Positions 11,828 to 25,181 of a stretch of DNA of 64,000 nt are shown in pieces (positions within the stretch are counted from its first letter, which is position 1; every line of letters starts with the position of its first letter). A program made the position numbers and the translations under genes. Under the pieces are notes generated by a model. The model had not been told where the DNA came from and searched no databases. It was given only the letters and a program-made list of their open reading frames with translations. This DNA is from Octopus sinensis (taxonomy: Eukaryota). The DNA is taken from contig NC_043017.1 of the NCBI RefSeq assembly GCF_006345805.1, positions 33,914,001-33,978,000 on the forward strand. Direction: 5' to 3'.

Positions 11828-12215
11828 TCTTTTGCACTCCGTCGGTTACGACGATGAGAGTTCCGGTTGATCCGAATCAGCGGAACAACCTGCTCGTGAA
11901 ATTAACGAGTAAGTGGCTGAGCACTCCACAGACACGTGTACCCTTAACGTAGTTCTCGGGGATATTCAGCGAGACACAGAGAGTGACAAGGCCGGCCCTT
12001 TGAAATACAGGTACAACAGAAACAGGAAGTAAGAGTGAGAGAAAGTTGTGGTGAAAGAGTACAGCAGGGATCACCACCATCCCCTGCCGGACCCTCGTCT
12101 AGCTTTTAGGTGTTTTCGTTCAATAAACACTCACAACGCCCGGTCTGGGAATCGAAACCGCGATCCTATGACCGCGAGTCCGCTACTCTAACCACTGGGC
12201 CATTGCGCCTCCACT
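11828..12215 (-). mobile_element. SINE family C, full length with 11-bp TSD
   Basis: Head GGAGGCGCAATGGCCCAGTGGTTAG...GTTTCGATTCCC; TSD AGCGATGTCCC at 11817-11827 and 12216-12226. Confidence 0.92.
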
Positions 12216-14370
12216 AGCGATGTCCCAGAAAGTAGACAACCGACTTTTTAAATAGTTAAACAGATCGTACGAGCTTTGGAATTTTTCTCACATTCGAAAA
12301 TACAATTTTCTTTTGGAAATTTTGTATTTTGTACCCTAAAAATCATTTTAGAATATTTCATATTATAAATAACTTTATACCGAATTCAATTTCTAAACAT
12401 TAATTAATTTTTCATTCATTGTCAACCGAATTTCTACAACTCTAGTTACTCATTAGACATTAATAGAATTCTGTCGAAACAAATTGTTCAAGTCGAGAAA
12501 TGGATCACATTTTCCTACCGACCGAGAGTTTGCCAACAACTGTTTCCTACTTCCGTAAATAAAAACAACAATTACTTTATTTTAGTAATTTTTCAATTTC
12601 ATTTCAAAAGCAATATTGTATACAGTGCCGTTCCTCTGCAGGCAAAAATATTTCTGCCGGCGGGTATATAAATCTCTTTTTGTATGAATGCTGACAATGT
12701 GACAAACTTAAATTATTAATTATAAATAATACAAAAATTTTAATTGCGTAATAGATATTTCTTTCATGGAAACTACTCCTCGGATTCATAAAGAAGAAAT
12801 GACAATTTATTTAGATTTCTTAAAGTAATGGAAGCAACAGAGGTTCGTTCCAGCGATAGAGAACCGTATAACGAACAGTTTAAACAGTTTGTGCAAATGA
12901 TGTTAAGTGAGTCTTCTGTCGACTATGGCTTTCTCGGAGCTCATTAATGATGTGAATTTGAATGATACCACTCACAAAAACCAAATGCATTATCATCCAA
13001 TACATGAGGAACCCGGCACATAATTGCATTTCCTGCTAAAAATTGCAAAGAAGGTTCCAGTTTCACTAAAGTAAGGAAAGCTTGATAACGTTACCCTACA
13101 TACATCATGCTTAGAAGAGAGAAATGTATATGAAGGCAGGGCTGAAATGCTTATAACGAAAGACTTTCCGAATCAAGTTCGGCGAAATATTAAGCAACAA
13201 AACAAATTTCTAAGTCGATAGTAAGGCCACGGCCGTCATACTTTTGGTCATAGGTATAATCAACTAGAAATGTCTCAGGGTTGAAAACGAGACGCCACAT
13301 CTCAATACCATTGAACTCGCCATCCAAAGTATCAATTACAAACGTGCTAGAGGGTAACATAAAATCACAATCGCAGCTTCATTTTTTCTTTTTTATTATT
13401 CTTTACTATAGTACAAAATCGACAAAAGATGTTACCAAATCATATCATTCAGCGACTTTCTATGTACGTCAATTTTCTTCATTATACTCTGTCCTTAGCA
13501 AATAGAAATGATGTATATGTGAGGTTATTATCAAATGACTTGCTGCTATAAGAAATACGTCAGAAAGACACGGATACGCTGAGATTAACAGAAATGATCA
13601 CCAAGTAGTTTGAGAACGGAATCGGAATGTTAATTCCTGTTAGAAGTTGTTCTGCTAAGTTTGAAAATGCTTAATTCGATATTTGACTTTCTTCTGACGT
13701 ATATTTAATCTTGTGAAAGGGACATCAGGTTTCTATAATTGTCTATTACGTATATTTTGCCTTTCACTCTTTATTGCTTTCACCTACTCTATCCAGCCAT
13801 GCATTTATTTATCAGTATATCCATCTATCTATCTATCTATCTATCTACACATTCTATTGCAGACATACTCCTCTCTGTCTATTCATCTATTCGTATGACG
13901 CCATTTTATTTGTCTCCATTCTTCTCACGCAGGCAATATCTATGATTTCGGATTCTTTAATTTGTCTATATTTTATAAGGAAAGGGAATCTTGAGATGAT
14001 AAACAACAGATACAAATTTTACAGATTTTTTCTTCATCGAAGCAACTTATTTGAAGATGTGATTATGTTGGGGGGATGCCGTTCCGACATCATTCTCTAC
14101 ATCAAGTCATAAAGGTCTTCTAAGTCACAATTATTAATTTCTGTGTTTTCAAGTTTTAGACAGATGGACTTTATTACTTTTAATATCTTCCGAAGTAACT
14201 GAGTTCTGTTACAGTTCCTCGTTCTTCTGCTGGCAACTCTTTACAGCGTAAAGTCAGACGGCAAGCCAATACTCAATATGGTACTACACGGAAAAGGATG
14301 CTCCAGATATATATATATATATATAATATATATATATATATATAATATATATATATATATGTGTGTGTGT

Positions 14371-14416
<46 letters not shown>

Positions 14417-15069
14417 ACTACAGAGAGACAGACAGACAATGAGAGAGAAAAGCGAGAGAGAAGAGGGGGAAAATCTATGGGAAAATCTACGGCCATACTG
14501 AGTCGTCTAGAATCCCAAACCTCGAAAGCAATCTTTGCACAAATTATTTGAGGTTAACAACCAGAATTGCAGAAAAAATGTATGTACATGATTTCAAATA
14601 AAGATTCTGTCAAAATATGTTTTATTAACCTTATGACAAATCTGGCATTCACAAAGTAAAGAAACTATTTCAAATTTTGTTAGGATTTCGTTACAGGTTT
14701 TAAAGCCTGCTCACCTTTATTCTTTAGCTCCGAAGTCAGATCACGACACAAAACTTGCTAGTCTTAGTTTGTGGGCGCAATTACATAAATACTTCCTGCC
14801 ATCATTGTGAAGGGATTTGTCTAGAGGCGCTATGCACGGCAAAGTTGTCACTGACACATTCTGCTCTATTTACTCTCAAAAGGCAGATAGCTCTGATTAT
14901 TCTACAGGAATCTAAAAATTAGCTGCACGACAAGATGTATTATTTCCCACCCGTAAGGGACAGATGCAGGATGGATGGAAACGATCGTTGTGTTGATTAA
15001 AGATTCTTGGTAAAACCATTTTACGCTACTCTCATTCATAATATATACGTATATTATATATATGTATAT

Positions 15070-15281
15070 ACTCTTTACTCTTTTAGTTGTTTCAGTCATT
15101 TGACTGCGGCCATGCTGGAGCACCGCCTTTTAGTCGAGCAAATCGACCCCAGGTCTTATTCTTTGTAAGCTTTGTACTTATTCTATCGGTCTCTTTTTGC
15201 CGAACCGCTAAGTTACGGGGACGTAAGCACACCAGCATCGGTTGTCAAGCGATGTTGGGGGACAAACACAGACAAACAAAT

Positions 15282-15321
<40 letters not shown>

Positions 15322-15460
15322 GTGGGACAGGCTTCCTTTCAGCTTCCGTCTACCAAATCCACTCACAAGGCTTTGGTCGGCTCGAGGCTATAGTAGAAGA
15401 CTGATCCCGGAACCATGTGGTTGGTAAGCTAACTACTTACCACACAGCCACTCCTGCGCC
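15070..15460 (-). mobile_element. SINE family A copy with an internal deletion
   Basis: Matches the copies at 49121 and 51031; internal (TA)n/(CA)n spacer. Confidence 0.9.
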
Positions 15461-16320
15461 TATATATATATTTTTTCTTAACTATCACGCTGTATCGCAA
15501 CAACTTTCTTCGAATACTTCTCCAAATTACAGTCTAATACATCATTGCGCAATACAAATATGTATTAACTAAAATTTGTTGCAATATAAATATAAGATTT
15601 GTGTAAATATCATTATTTTATATATCAGCACTACAGTTGAATAAATCAAAATTAATGTTATTTCATACTACTTAATATAAACCTATATACTTACACTGAA
15701 GCTAATATTTCATATCTCTTTATAATTGGTGCCATCTCACTAGATGTTCAATTACATATTTTATAAAATATCGTTGTTTTGTTTTTTTTTTTTTACTTTT
15801 CATATTCCCTTGCTGAAATCTTCCAGTTAAAATTGTGTATCACACAAATTTGTATTTTCTTACTGTTTCCCACCACATTTCAGATGTCATAATATGAGTT
15901 GCAGTATTTTCCCCCCGTGGACATAATATATTGATAAATATTACCAGTTTAGCAATTTCTTATTCAGAAAAACAATTTTGAGATATATTCATAATTAATT
16001 AAATTTCAATTTCCCCTAAAACAAGACATTTTTTTTATAATGACTTCTAAAGCACTTTCATTGGTTAATGGCAATTCGAACATTTGATGAATGGGAAAAG
16101 GATTATAGCAAAAGCAAATACGCGTATGTGAAGTAGGATCTATTGAGAGGAAATATATAAAAACAGAAATAGCCATTGGAAAGGACTAAGAAGGACTAAG
16201 GACTAAGAGTTGTTCCAAAGTAAACAGATGTTAGATTAAGTAGGAGTCCGATATGGATGTATATGCGTGTGTGTTTAATATTATTGTTAATTATAGCCAA
16301 GTCAATATTATACCGAACGT

Positions 16321-16500
16321 AAGGCAGCGAGCTGGTAGAATCGTTAACACAACGGAAAAATGCTTAGCGACATTTCTTCTGATTTAACGCTCTGAGTTCA
16401 AATTCTACCAAGATAGTCCTTGCCTTCATCGTTTTGAGATCGATAAAATAAGTACCCCTCCACCAAAATTCCTGGCCCTTGTGCCAAAATTTGAACCCAA
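16321..16500 (+). mobile_element. SINE family B, degenerate, with the alternative tail
   Basis: AGGCAGCGAGCTGGTAGAATCGTTA...CTGAGTTCAAATTC...GCCTT.CATC...CGATAAAATAAGTACC, then CCTTGTGCCAAAATTTGAA. Confidence 0.7.
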
Positions 16501-18094
16501 TATGAAAGCGATCGCCCAACTAGCTTACTGCATATCATATTTAAAATTTTCTAATGATTTATTAGTTAGGGCGTTATCTTGGTAAAATATCAAAATAATA
16601 CGATACAAGAGATTTAATATCATGGATTCCTTTCCGAATCCCAATATTCCGGATTACCTTGCGCTTGTCACTAGTATTTCTAGCGTAAAATATATATCGT
16701 AGACAGCTTCGGACAGCAGGCATAACGGATTGAACTTGGCGGTGTAAACTAATAAAACAATATTGAATACTGCAACGACGATGTTCTTTGATCATAGCGT
16801 ATAGTGAGAGCATTAAGATTTAAATGTCTTGGCGTTGCTCAGACATCTGACTAGATCTCCTCAAAAATTAAAATCAACAAACGTACAGACATTGATAAAA
16901 TTTATAAAACAGAAACACTATAAGCTTGAATGAAAGCAAGTTAGAAAAGGAAACGAAACCAAATGAAAATTTTTCAAAGGAGAATAAACCGGTGCTGCAC
17001 ACAGAAATAAAAGTACTGAAGAGAAAGAAATGCAAAATAAGAGAAGAGGAACAGAAATTAGTGATAGAAACAGGAAGATACTTCTGAGTAGATGAAGTGA
17101 AAGAGATTAGAAACCAGTGCAAGGAAGAGATCTTTTGTATAATCTTCTACTTTAGGAGGACAATAAAAAAAGAGAAGGCAGGATGTTTGAAATTGCTCAA
17201 AATGATATAAACTGCTGTGCATATTTAAATTTCTATGTTACTTACTAAGTTCTATCTTTTGAAATGTTTGAAGTTAAAGGGAAGACATCATGTAAATGTA
17301 TCGTATCGTAATTCATTATTTCCTTCTGTAATTTTTTTATATTTTGCATTCTTCCGTTATATCCTCTTCAGTTTCGCAAATATAATTTTCTCAATCTGTT
17401 TATAAAGTTATGCTTTAGCATATCGAAATAAAGCAATTTATTAAATGGCGTTTAAGTTATGGTTTACCATGTCTGCAGACGGAGAGTATTTGTGTTGAGA
17501 GGATTTTCAAAAAATCTACTGGCGTCAGAGCCGACAGAAAGAAGAACATCAATAATTAAAATGCAGAACAATGCCGAAAAGAAGTACAACAGCAAACATT
17601 TACAATGATGTAAAGAAACTGTTTTAAAATATATTTAAATAAAATACATTACAAGATACGTAAAATGAGGGCTAACTTAATTGCCAGTATTGTTTCTGTT
17701 TTATAACATTCACAGAGAATAACAGATTGAAGACTAGCGACGTAATTACTGATAACAACGAATGTATAAGAAAAATGTGATTTGTGTTGGAAGAACGAAA
17801 GAGTGTTAAAAACAGTAATATCGTTATGTTGAACGATGGAAATCTTTACATTATACTAATTAGGGCTACATCTAATCTAATCTAACATTTGGCCTTGACA
17901 CAATGTAAACGGGAGAGATGTTGTAATTATTGAAAGTCCAGCCGCAGTAGAAACGTTTTGTAGTTTCTGCAGACAAGCCGAACACAGTTCAAACAATCCT
18001 CCAAGTCTATATTTTGACACATCCCTAATTGACGATCAGCGGTTCCTTCTGCAAATAGTTTGCCAACTTTTTCCCGGCAGTTTGCTAATTACAA

Positions 18095-18690
18095 GCCGCA
18101 GGTATGGCTGTATGGTAAGATGCTTGCTTCCCAATCACATGGTACAGGGTTCAGTCCAACTGCATTGCACCTTGGGAAAATGTCTTCTACTATATATTTC
18201 TTTACTGCCCAGAAGGGGTTAAACATAGAGGGGACAAACAAGGACAGACAAACGGATTAAGCCGATTACATCGACCCCAGTGTGTAACTGGTACTTTATT
18301 TATCGACTCCGAAAGGATGAAACGCAAAGTTGACCTCGGCGGAATTTGAACTCAGAACGTAACGACAGACGAAATAAGCATTTCGCCCGGCGCGCTAACG
18401 TGTCTGCCAGCTCGCCGCCTTGCCAGCTCGCCAGCTAACCAACGCCTTGTGGATGGAGTTAGTAGGCGGAAAACCTGTCGTATGAGTGTGTGTGTGTGTT
18501 TGACAACCGCTTGGCAACCGGTGTTGGTTTGTTTACATCCCCAAATCTTGCTGGTCGACAAAAAATGACTGATAAAATAAGTACCAAGCCTTAAAGAAAT
18601 AAGTACTAGTCCGAATACATTCGACTGAAAATTATTCAAGGCGGTGCGCTAGCAATGCCGCAGTGTAGTGACTGAAACGAGAAGAAGATA
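18095..18690 (+). mobile_element. Old SINE A copy interrupted by a younger SINE B (18195-18420, minus strand)
   Basis: The A head stops at TCTTCTACTATA, SINE B follows in reverse, and A resumes at CCAACGCCTTGTGG through its tail. Confidence 0.8.
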
Positions 18691-18860
18691 AAAGATATAT
18701 TGTAAATTAAACTCTTCCATTCATTTCATCTCGCTTTCTGCAACTCACCACTCATTCTTCTGCTGTAAGCACAAACCTTTGAAAAACGGAGGCGCAAGTC
18801 TACACATATTGAAGGAACTTGTATTGAACAAGACTGACATCAGTAGTTTACAGATTGACA

Positions 18861-19245
18861 GTGGAGGCGCAATGGACCAGTGGTTAGGGCAGCGGACTCG
18901 CGGTCGTAGGATCGCGGTTTCGATTCCCAGACCGGGCGTTGTGAGTGTTTATTGAGCGAAAACACCTAAAGCTCAACGAGGCTCCGGCAGGGATGGTGGT
19001 GATCCCTGCTGTACTCTTTCACCACAACTTTCTCTCACTCTTACTTCCTGTTTCTGTTGTACCTGTATTTCAAAGAGCCGGCTTTTTCACTCTCTGTGTC
19101 ACGCTGAATATCCCCGAGAACTACGTTAAGGGTACACGTGTCTGTGGAGTGCTCAGCCACTTACACGTTAATTTCACGAGCAGGCTGTTCCGTTGATCGG
19201 GTCAACCGGAACCCTCGTCGTCGTAACCGACGGAGTGCTTCCACC
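18861..19245 (+). mobile_element. SINE family C, full length with 11-bp TSD
   Basis: TSD ACAGATTGACA at 18850-18860 and 19246-19256. Confidence 0.92.
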
Positions 19246-19700
19246 ACAGATTGACATTCGTTTACAAATTGGAATTACGAAATTTAGGCGAAAGCTGATT
19301 GTTCATCAAAAGGCGAAGTCTGGTGCAGGTTGCGGTCTCAGTCCTTCCCGTCATCTTAACTACAATCCAATGTGTGAAACGTTTAAGCATGCAGCAGATG
19401 AAAGGAATTAGCATAAAAGGCATTAAAGCAGAATAAGGCTTCTTGTAATTCCTTATTAAATGTGACATTCCCGTCTATAAATTCTAATGAACGAGAAAGA
19501 AGGTATTACAATAACTGCAATATTCAGGTTCCACTTGTGTAGAAAGTGGAAATAACTTCATCGAACAATCGAACTCACCCAGAACAAGTGAGTGTTTTCA
19601 CACTCCTATGGAGTTATTCGATTAAACTACTTCATCATTCTTCACAACAAATAGACTGTTACTTTATCAGGTTTTATATACATATATATATACGGATGGG

Positions 19701-20029
19701 TGGAAGCACTCCGTCGGTTACGACGATGAGGGTTCCGATTGATTCGAATCAACGGAACAGCCTGCTCGTGAAATTAACGTGTAAGTGGCTGAGCACTCCA
19801 CAGACACGTGCACCTTTGACATAGTTCTCGGGGATATTCAGCGTGACACAGAGAGTGACAAGGCCGGTCCCTTGAAATACAGGTACAACAGAAACAGGAA
19901 GTAAGAGCCCCGTGGAGCTTTTAGGTGTTTTCGCTCAATAAACACTCACAACGCCCGGTCTGGGAATTGAAACTGCGATCCTATGACCGCGAGTCCGCTG
20001 CCCTAACCACTGGGCGATTGCGCCTCCAC
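19701..20029 (-). mobile_element. SINE family C with an internal deletion
   Basis: Same head and tail as 18861-19245, lacking roughly 50 bp after GTAAGAG. Confidence 0.9.
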
Positions 20030-20064
20030 ATATATATATACATATACATATATGCATATATATG

Positions 20065-20258
20065 TGACCTCGTGTGTACCGTTGGCGATTTTTTTCCTCT
20101 GTCTTCCCTTCTCGGGATCTTTCCTTCTCCTATGTTTCAGACGAAGAGCTCCGCTCGAAACGTTAAACCCTCCTTCTTTCCTGAGCGTCCAATAATACTA
20201 TATTTGTTCCACGTCCTCGCGTTGTTGTGTTTTTTTGTGTTTACTTGTTTGGATTAAC
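20065..20258 (+). mobile_element. Small (TA)n-flanked element carrying a hammerhead-like motif at 20134-20168
   Basis: GUUU CAGACGA A GAGC-ucc-GCUC GAAAC GUU AAAC; helix III palindrome AACGUU; position 4 is non-canonical. Confidence 0.55.
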
Positions 20259-20279
20259 TATATATATATATATATAATT

Positions 20280-20337
20280 AGGCGCATGAGTAGCTGTTAA
20301 AACATTCAGAAACTGAAAGAATCCTGTCGTATATATG

Positions 20338-20368
<31 letters not shown>

Positions 20369-20605
20369 TGTGTGTGTGTGTGTTTGTTTGTGTGTCTGTG
20401 TTTGTCCCCTTAGCATTGCTTGACAACCGATGCTGGTGTGTTTATGTCCCGTTACTTAGCGGTTCGGCAAAAAGAGACCGATAGAATAAGTGCTGGGCTT
20501 ACAAAAGAATAAGTCCCGGGGTCGAGTTTGCTCGATTAAAGGCGGTGCTCCAGCATGGCCGCAGTCAAATGACTGAAACGAGTAAAGGAGTAAAAGAGTA
20601 AAAGA
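20280..20605 (+). mobile_element. SINE family A with most of the head deleted, followed by (CATA)n to about 20792
   Basis: Tail near-identical to the copy at 36041-36439. Confidence 0.88.
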
Positions 20606-21726
20606 ATATATATGCACACACATACATACATGTATACATACATACATAATACATACATACATTCTACATACATACATACATACATACATACATACATACA
20701 TACATACATACATACATACACACATAAATACATACATACATAAATACATGCATACATACATACATACATACATACATACACACATACATACATAGATGAT
20801 ATTTACGACATTTTTGTTAAAAACGTCTTGACTTGCTTTATCTTACTTTCATTATAGTTTTGCAATTTTTTTTCTCCATCTTTCTTTTTTTTATCTTATT
20901 GTCAGTTTACGCCTTTCATAGAAGTGTTTTAATATTCCTCTTGCGAAATGGAATTGATCAGTCAGTCTGAGATAGACACAAGAAATAAAAGACTGGTCAT
21001 TTCATTTCCTCTCTTTAGTATTTCTTTCATATTCATGTCATTCGATACTTGAAACCAATAAATTTACATTGACATTTTTAAAGAATGCTATTCCTCAGGA
21101 GACGTTTTGTCAGGTCCATATGACGAATAAATGTACAAAATGCATATAACATATACTACATGTTTTTATACACATGCATTTGTGCAAAACACATACTTGC
21201 CTTCCTTTTCAAACACACACACACAAACACACAGTGTAATAGTGGGGACGTTAATGCGTGAGAACACATTTTGGAAAGTAACTTGCTGACATATTTAAGA
21301 CTACTTTATCGAGAATTTTGAATATTCCGTCGGCATTTTCCTACACATGTTTATATACACCCACAGACACATTCTCACATAATCGTACATAGAATACAGT
21401 CGTACATAGAATCATCTCGTCAATCGGAGAAAATAGTAATAGATCAAAACATCTGTTAACTATGTTATCATGCTAAATAGTACATTTTACAGTATTCCAT
21501 TGGTATCATTGATTTTCCAACACCTTGGCTTGGCTCAAACAAGACACAACATCACGCTGTATACCGCTGCTTTGTTATTCTATTTCATTCTCTTTTGTCT
21601 AATATTATATGAGATCCTATAGCCTATACCATATTAAACGGATAATTCACAGTACTTAAAACACTTCATAGATATCTTGCACGTGTAAGAGACACAGTCA
21701 TGCATGCACTACATATATACATATAT

Positions 21727-21760
<34 letters not shown>

Positions 21761-21947
21761 CATAATAATAAATATTAGGGAATAAATCAAATTTACAGAG
21801 AAAATCAGATTTAGGATTGAATCCAATTTTATAGTAAATATTATATAAATTAATTAGAGACAAAACCACTATTTGCAAATCAAACAAAGAAGACTTAATC
21901 CAATACATAAAAAAAAATTTAATATAAATTAAATAAAATTATATTCG

Positions 21948-21993
21948 CCACTACAATTGTTTCATGTCTCTTCTCAGGACATTCATCAGGTGG
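21948..21993 (-). ncRNA. Mirror copy of the same hammerhead motif
   Basis: Exact reverse complement of 22051-22096. Confidence 0.85.
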
Positions 21994-22050
21994 ATTTCAG
22001 ATCTTCTATTCTATTTTAACTTAAAATAGAATAGAATAGAAGATCTGAAT

Positions 22051-22096
22051 CCACCTGATGAATGTCCTGAGAAGAGACATGAAACAATTGTAGTGG
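22051..22096 (+). ncRNA. Canonical minimal type-I hammerhead ribozyme motif
   Basis: CCAC CUGAUGA AUGUC-cugagaaga-GACAU GAAAC AAUU GUA GUGG; predicted cleavage after 22092. Confidence 0.85.
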
Positions 22097-22191
22097 CGAA
22101 TATAATTTTATTTAATTTATATTAAATTTTTTTTATGTATTGGATTAAGTCTTTCTTTGTTTGATTTGCAAAATAGTGGTTTTGTCTCTAA

Positions 22192-22257
<66 letters not shown>

Positions 22258-23038
22258 ACCCGCGACGATACTTCTGCTCTGACTGTCTTTCTGGCCTGGC
22301 CTTTCAAGGTAACTGGACGACATTCTTCCTGCTCCCCTCTCGTTCACAAAAAATTCTGCGTTTGCAATATTTTTTTCGTTCGGCGTCAACAGCCCTTCTT
22401 ATCTTGTTTTTCCCTGTCCTGTCTTTTACTGTTTATTTTGTACTGTCGTTACTGTCCTGTTTTGTTACCATTTTTTTACCATTTTTTACCCTCTGCGAAA
22501 AGATCTCAGAATTTTAATTGATTTGCTTTTCGCAGGAAGGAAAGTTTCTTGTCGAAAATACGTCTCGCTTTTATCCTTCGAAACGTAGAGTAGATGAAAC
22601 CTTTAGCGACTGAAGAAGGGGTTTTTTTCTTTGTGTTAATTGTCCTGTACTCCATTTTTTGTTGTTTTTAAAAAAATGTCCAGTTCCTTTGGTTTGTGTC
22701 TATGTTTTCGTTTCTCTTTGTGTTCGACGTCCCTTTGGTGTCCTGTACTCATATATGCGTGTATATGTACATGTAGAGGTAGGTACGTACATATATGTTT
22801 ATATATATGCATATTTTTTATTTCATTTATTAATATATATATATATATATGGATAGATAGGTAGAGAGATAGATAGACAGACAGACAGATATACTTAAAT
22901 GTTGAACGATGAATACGAGTGCTCAACACCACATTGGTGGATATAATTTCTTTATTTGTGAATTAAGGCTACCATTGGTTTTATGTTAAGAGAAATAAGA
23001 TAATATCCTACTATCTTTATATATATATATACATGTAT

Positions 23039-23097
<59 letters not shown>

Positions 23098-23454
23098 CAT
23101 ACATACATACATACATACATACATACATTCGTACATGCATTTACATGCAGTTAAATATATGTCCGGTCATAGAGTGACCAATGGTTTCGCATCCATAAAG
23201 CACTCAGCTCTGTGGACGACTCAGAAGACTTTAATGGCGGGTGGCATATGAAACCCTCTTCAAATTGGAGGAAGAAATAAATCGATCACAGTCTAACTGA
23301 CCATAACGGATTTTTACCACTCAACACTTTATGATCGGACATATATTCAACTGCATGCAACTACTTTAGTGTGCTTCTTCTTCGGATATACGATCCCCTT
23401 ACAATATATAATTATATATATATATATATATTATATATATGTATGGATATATAT

Positions 23455-23655
23455 AGGGAGAGTTTACGAAAAAACAAAAGACGAAGACAGGTGGTGTACA
23501 AAACAAACAGATGTATTAGTATAACGCTCGGGAATTGAATATTTTACGTCGTTTTCGAGCCTACGCTCTTCTATAGAAAAGGACACAAGGATAGAAACAA
23601 GGAGAGAAAAAATGTGTGTAGGACTAACGATCTATCATGGCGACTGACTTCGGAC
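23455..23655 (-). mobile_element. Small (TA)n-associated element (same family as 43390-43592) with a decayed hammerhead-like motif at 23542-23580
   Basis: Reverse complement aligns by eye along its length with 43390-43592. Confidence 0.7.
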
Positions 23656-23690
<35 letters not shown>

Positions 23691-23721
23691 TATATTATAT
23701 AATATAATATATATATATATA

Positions 23722-23951
23722 TATTTCTTTTACTACCCACAAGGGGCTAAACATAGAGGGGACAACAAGGACAGACAAAGGATAAAGTAGATTAATCGAC
23801 CCCAGTGCGTAACTGGTACTTTATTTATCGACCCCGAAAGGATGAAAGGCAAAGTCGACCTCAGCGGAATTTGAACTCAGAACGTAACGGCAGACGAAAT
23901 ACGGCTACGCATTTCGCCCGGCGTGCTAACGTTTCTGCCAGCTCACCGCCT
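23722..23951 (-). mobile_element. SINE family B, full length
   Basis: Head AGGCGGTGAGCTGGCAGAAACGTTAG, B box GAGTTCAAATTCC, central GAGGTCGACTTTGCCTTTCATCCTTTCGGGGTCGATAAA, tail TGTCCCCTCTATGTTTAGCCCCTTGTGGGTAGTAAAAGAAATA. Confidence 0.9.
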
Positions 23952-23973
23952 TCACTGCTAGTATATATATATA

Positions 23974-24890
23974 CTAGCAGAGAAGCCCGGCCTTGCTCGG
24001 GATTAAAATGGCATTAGTGTTCTTCTAGTTTTAGTTGCTTCAGTATTATAACCCGATTTCATTCGGGTCTCCTCAGGCAACATTTTGAAGATAAGGAATT
24101 CAAAAAAAAATGAAACGAAAATTTTATTACAAATTGGTAATGAAAAAAAGCTTGCCAAATGTTTAAACAGTCTTTGATAAGCGATTGGAGAAACCTCATG
24201 GAATACAGATGTGAAGGGCAAAGAATGATGGGAAAATACTGGACAAAACACAAAACACCAATCGGGTCTCTGTACGAAACTGTATAATATGACTGCACTT
24301 ACAATGTTTTGGATACAATATATAGTCACACCCAACCTAATTTTGCGGACTCAGTGTCGCGACGTGAACCCATGGGTTGGGAGTTTGACTGGCAGAGGTG
24401 GCCAGCGACGTGAAGAAGGTGGATGCAGTTGGACCAAAAAATTTGATAAACTGACAATGACTCCAACGACATGAAGAATGTGGATTGAGTTGGGCTAAAA
24501 AATTGAGAAAGTTACAAAGACAGCGACGGGAGAATAATGGCGGTAGGTTCAAAACTGTTATTTACGAACAATGCAAAAATGGATGTTCTGCTGTTAAATA
24601 GCATTAAATTAACTTTTTTGTTTTGCAGCGTAAACTAAATGTGATAAATTTGTGGTAGAATTGTATTTGAATGCACTAATGTTACTCAAAACCTTTGGTC
24701 TCCACTCTTAATAAAATACAGGAAGAATGACCGTGTTCTTCGCTGAATAGCAACTCATTCGCAAATGTATTATTAAAAGGATTTCAGCCTTTCAAAAAAT
24801 TATTTTCGTTAAATTTTGAAAGATTTAATTGATATCTATATAACAATCTGCGTGTTCGTTCACCCGTTGTACATTGGTTATATAGAGAGA
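23974..24890 (-). mobile_element. Non-autonomous Helitron
   Basis: Minus strand starts TCTCTCTATATAA and ends with hairpin CCCGAGCAAGGCCGGG, a short spacer and CTAG; inserted between A and T with no TSD. Confidence 0.7.
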
Positions 24891-25062
24891 TGGTGGTAGA
24901 GTGACAGTAAGAGAGAGGGGAGGAGTGAGGAAAGAAGGAAGGAAGAAGTAAAGAAAGGTGGTTAATATTCAAACACTGAGGCCAAATAGGCACGTGGTCA
25001 GCTGAAGGTAGAGCTGAAGAACGAGAGAAAAAGAGGGAGAGAGAAAGCGGGGAAGAAATATT

Positions 25063-25181
25063 TATTTCTTTACTACTCACAAGGGGCTAAACACAGAGGG
25101 GACAAACAAGGACAGACAAAGGGATTAAGTCGATTATATCGACTCCAGTGCGTAACTGGTACTTAATTTAACGACCCCGAG
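25063..25181 (-). mobile_element. SINE family B, 3' fragment
   Basis: Tail matches 23722 and 31616. Confidence 0.85.

Larger units (their letters stand above)
21849..22196. repeat. Near-perfect 348-bp fold-back palindrome (PLE-terminus-like) with one hammerhead per arm
   Basis: Arms of about 170 bp centred near 22020; flanked by (TA)n. Confidence 0.92.

Noticed and set aside
11877-12080. Repeated short ORFs MVVIPAVLFHH..., MRNWYFIYRP... and MLGGQTQTHK...
   Set aside because: Recur only because they lie inside SINE families C, B and A.
12815-12906. Possible coding exon FLKVMEATEVRSSDREPYNEQFKQFVQMML with a GTGAGT donor
   Set aside because: Weak acceptor, no recognisable homology and no partner exons.
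16574-16813. 79-aa minus-strand ORF in non-repetitive sequence
   Set aside because: No recognisable motif or splice support; length compatible with chance.
22575-22625. CCTTCGAAACGTA ... CTGAAGAAGGGG as a permuted (type II) hammerhead
   Set aside because: Helix I cannot be closed adjacent to the core, and helix II would rest on G-U pairs.
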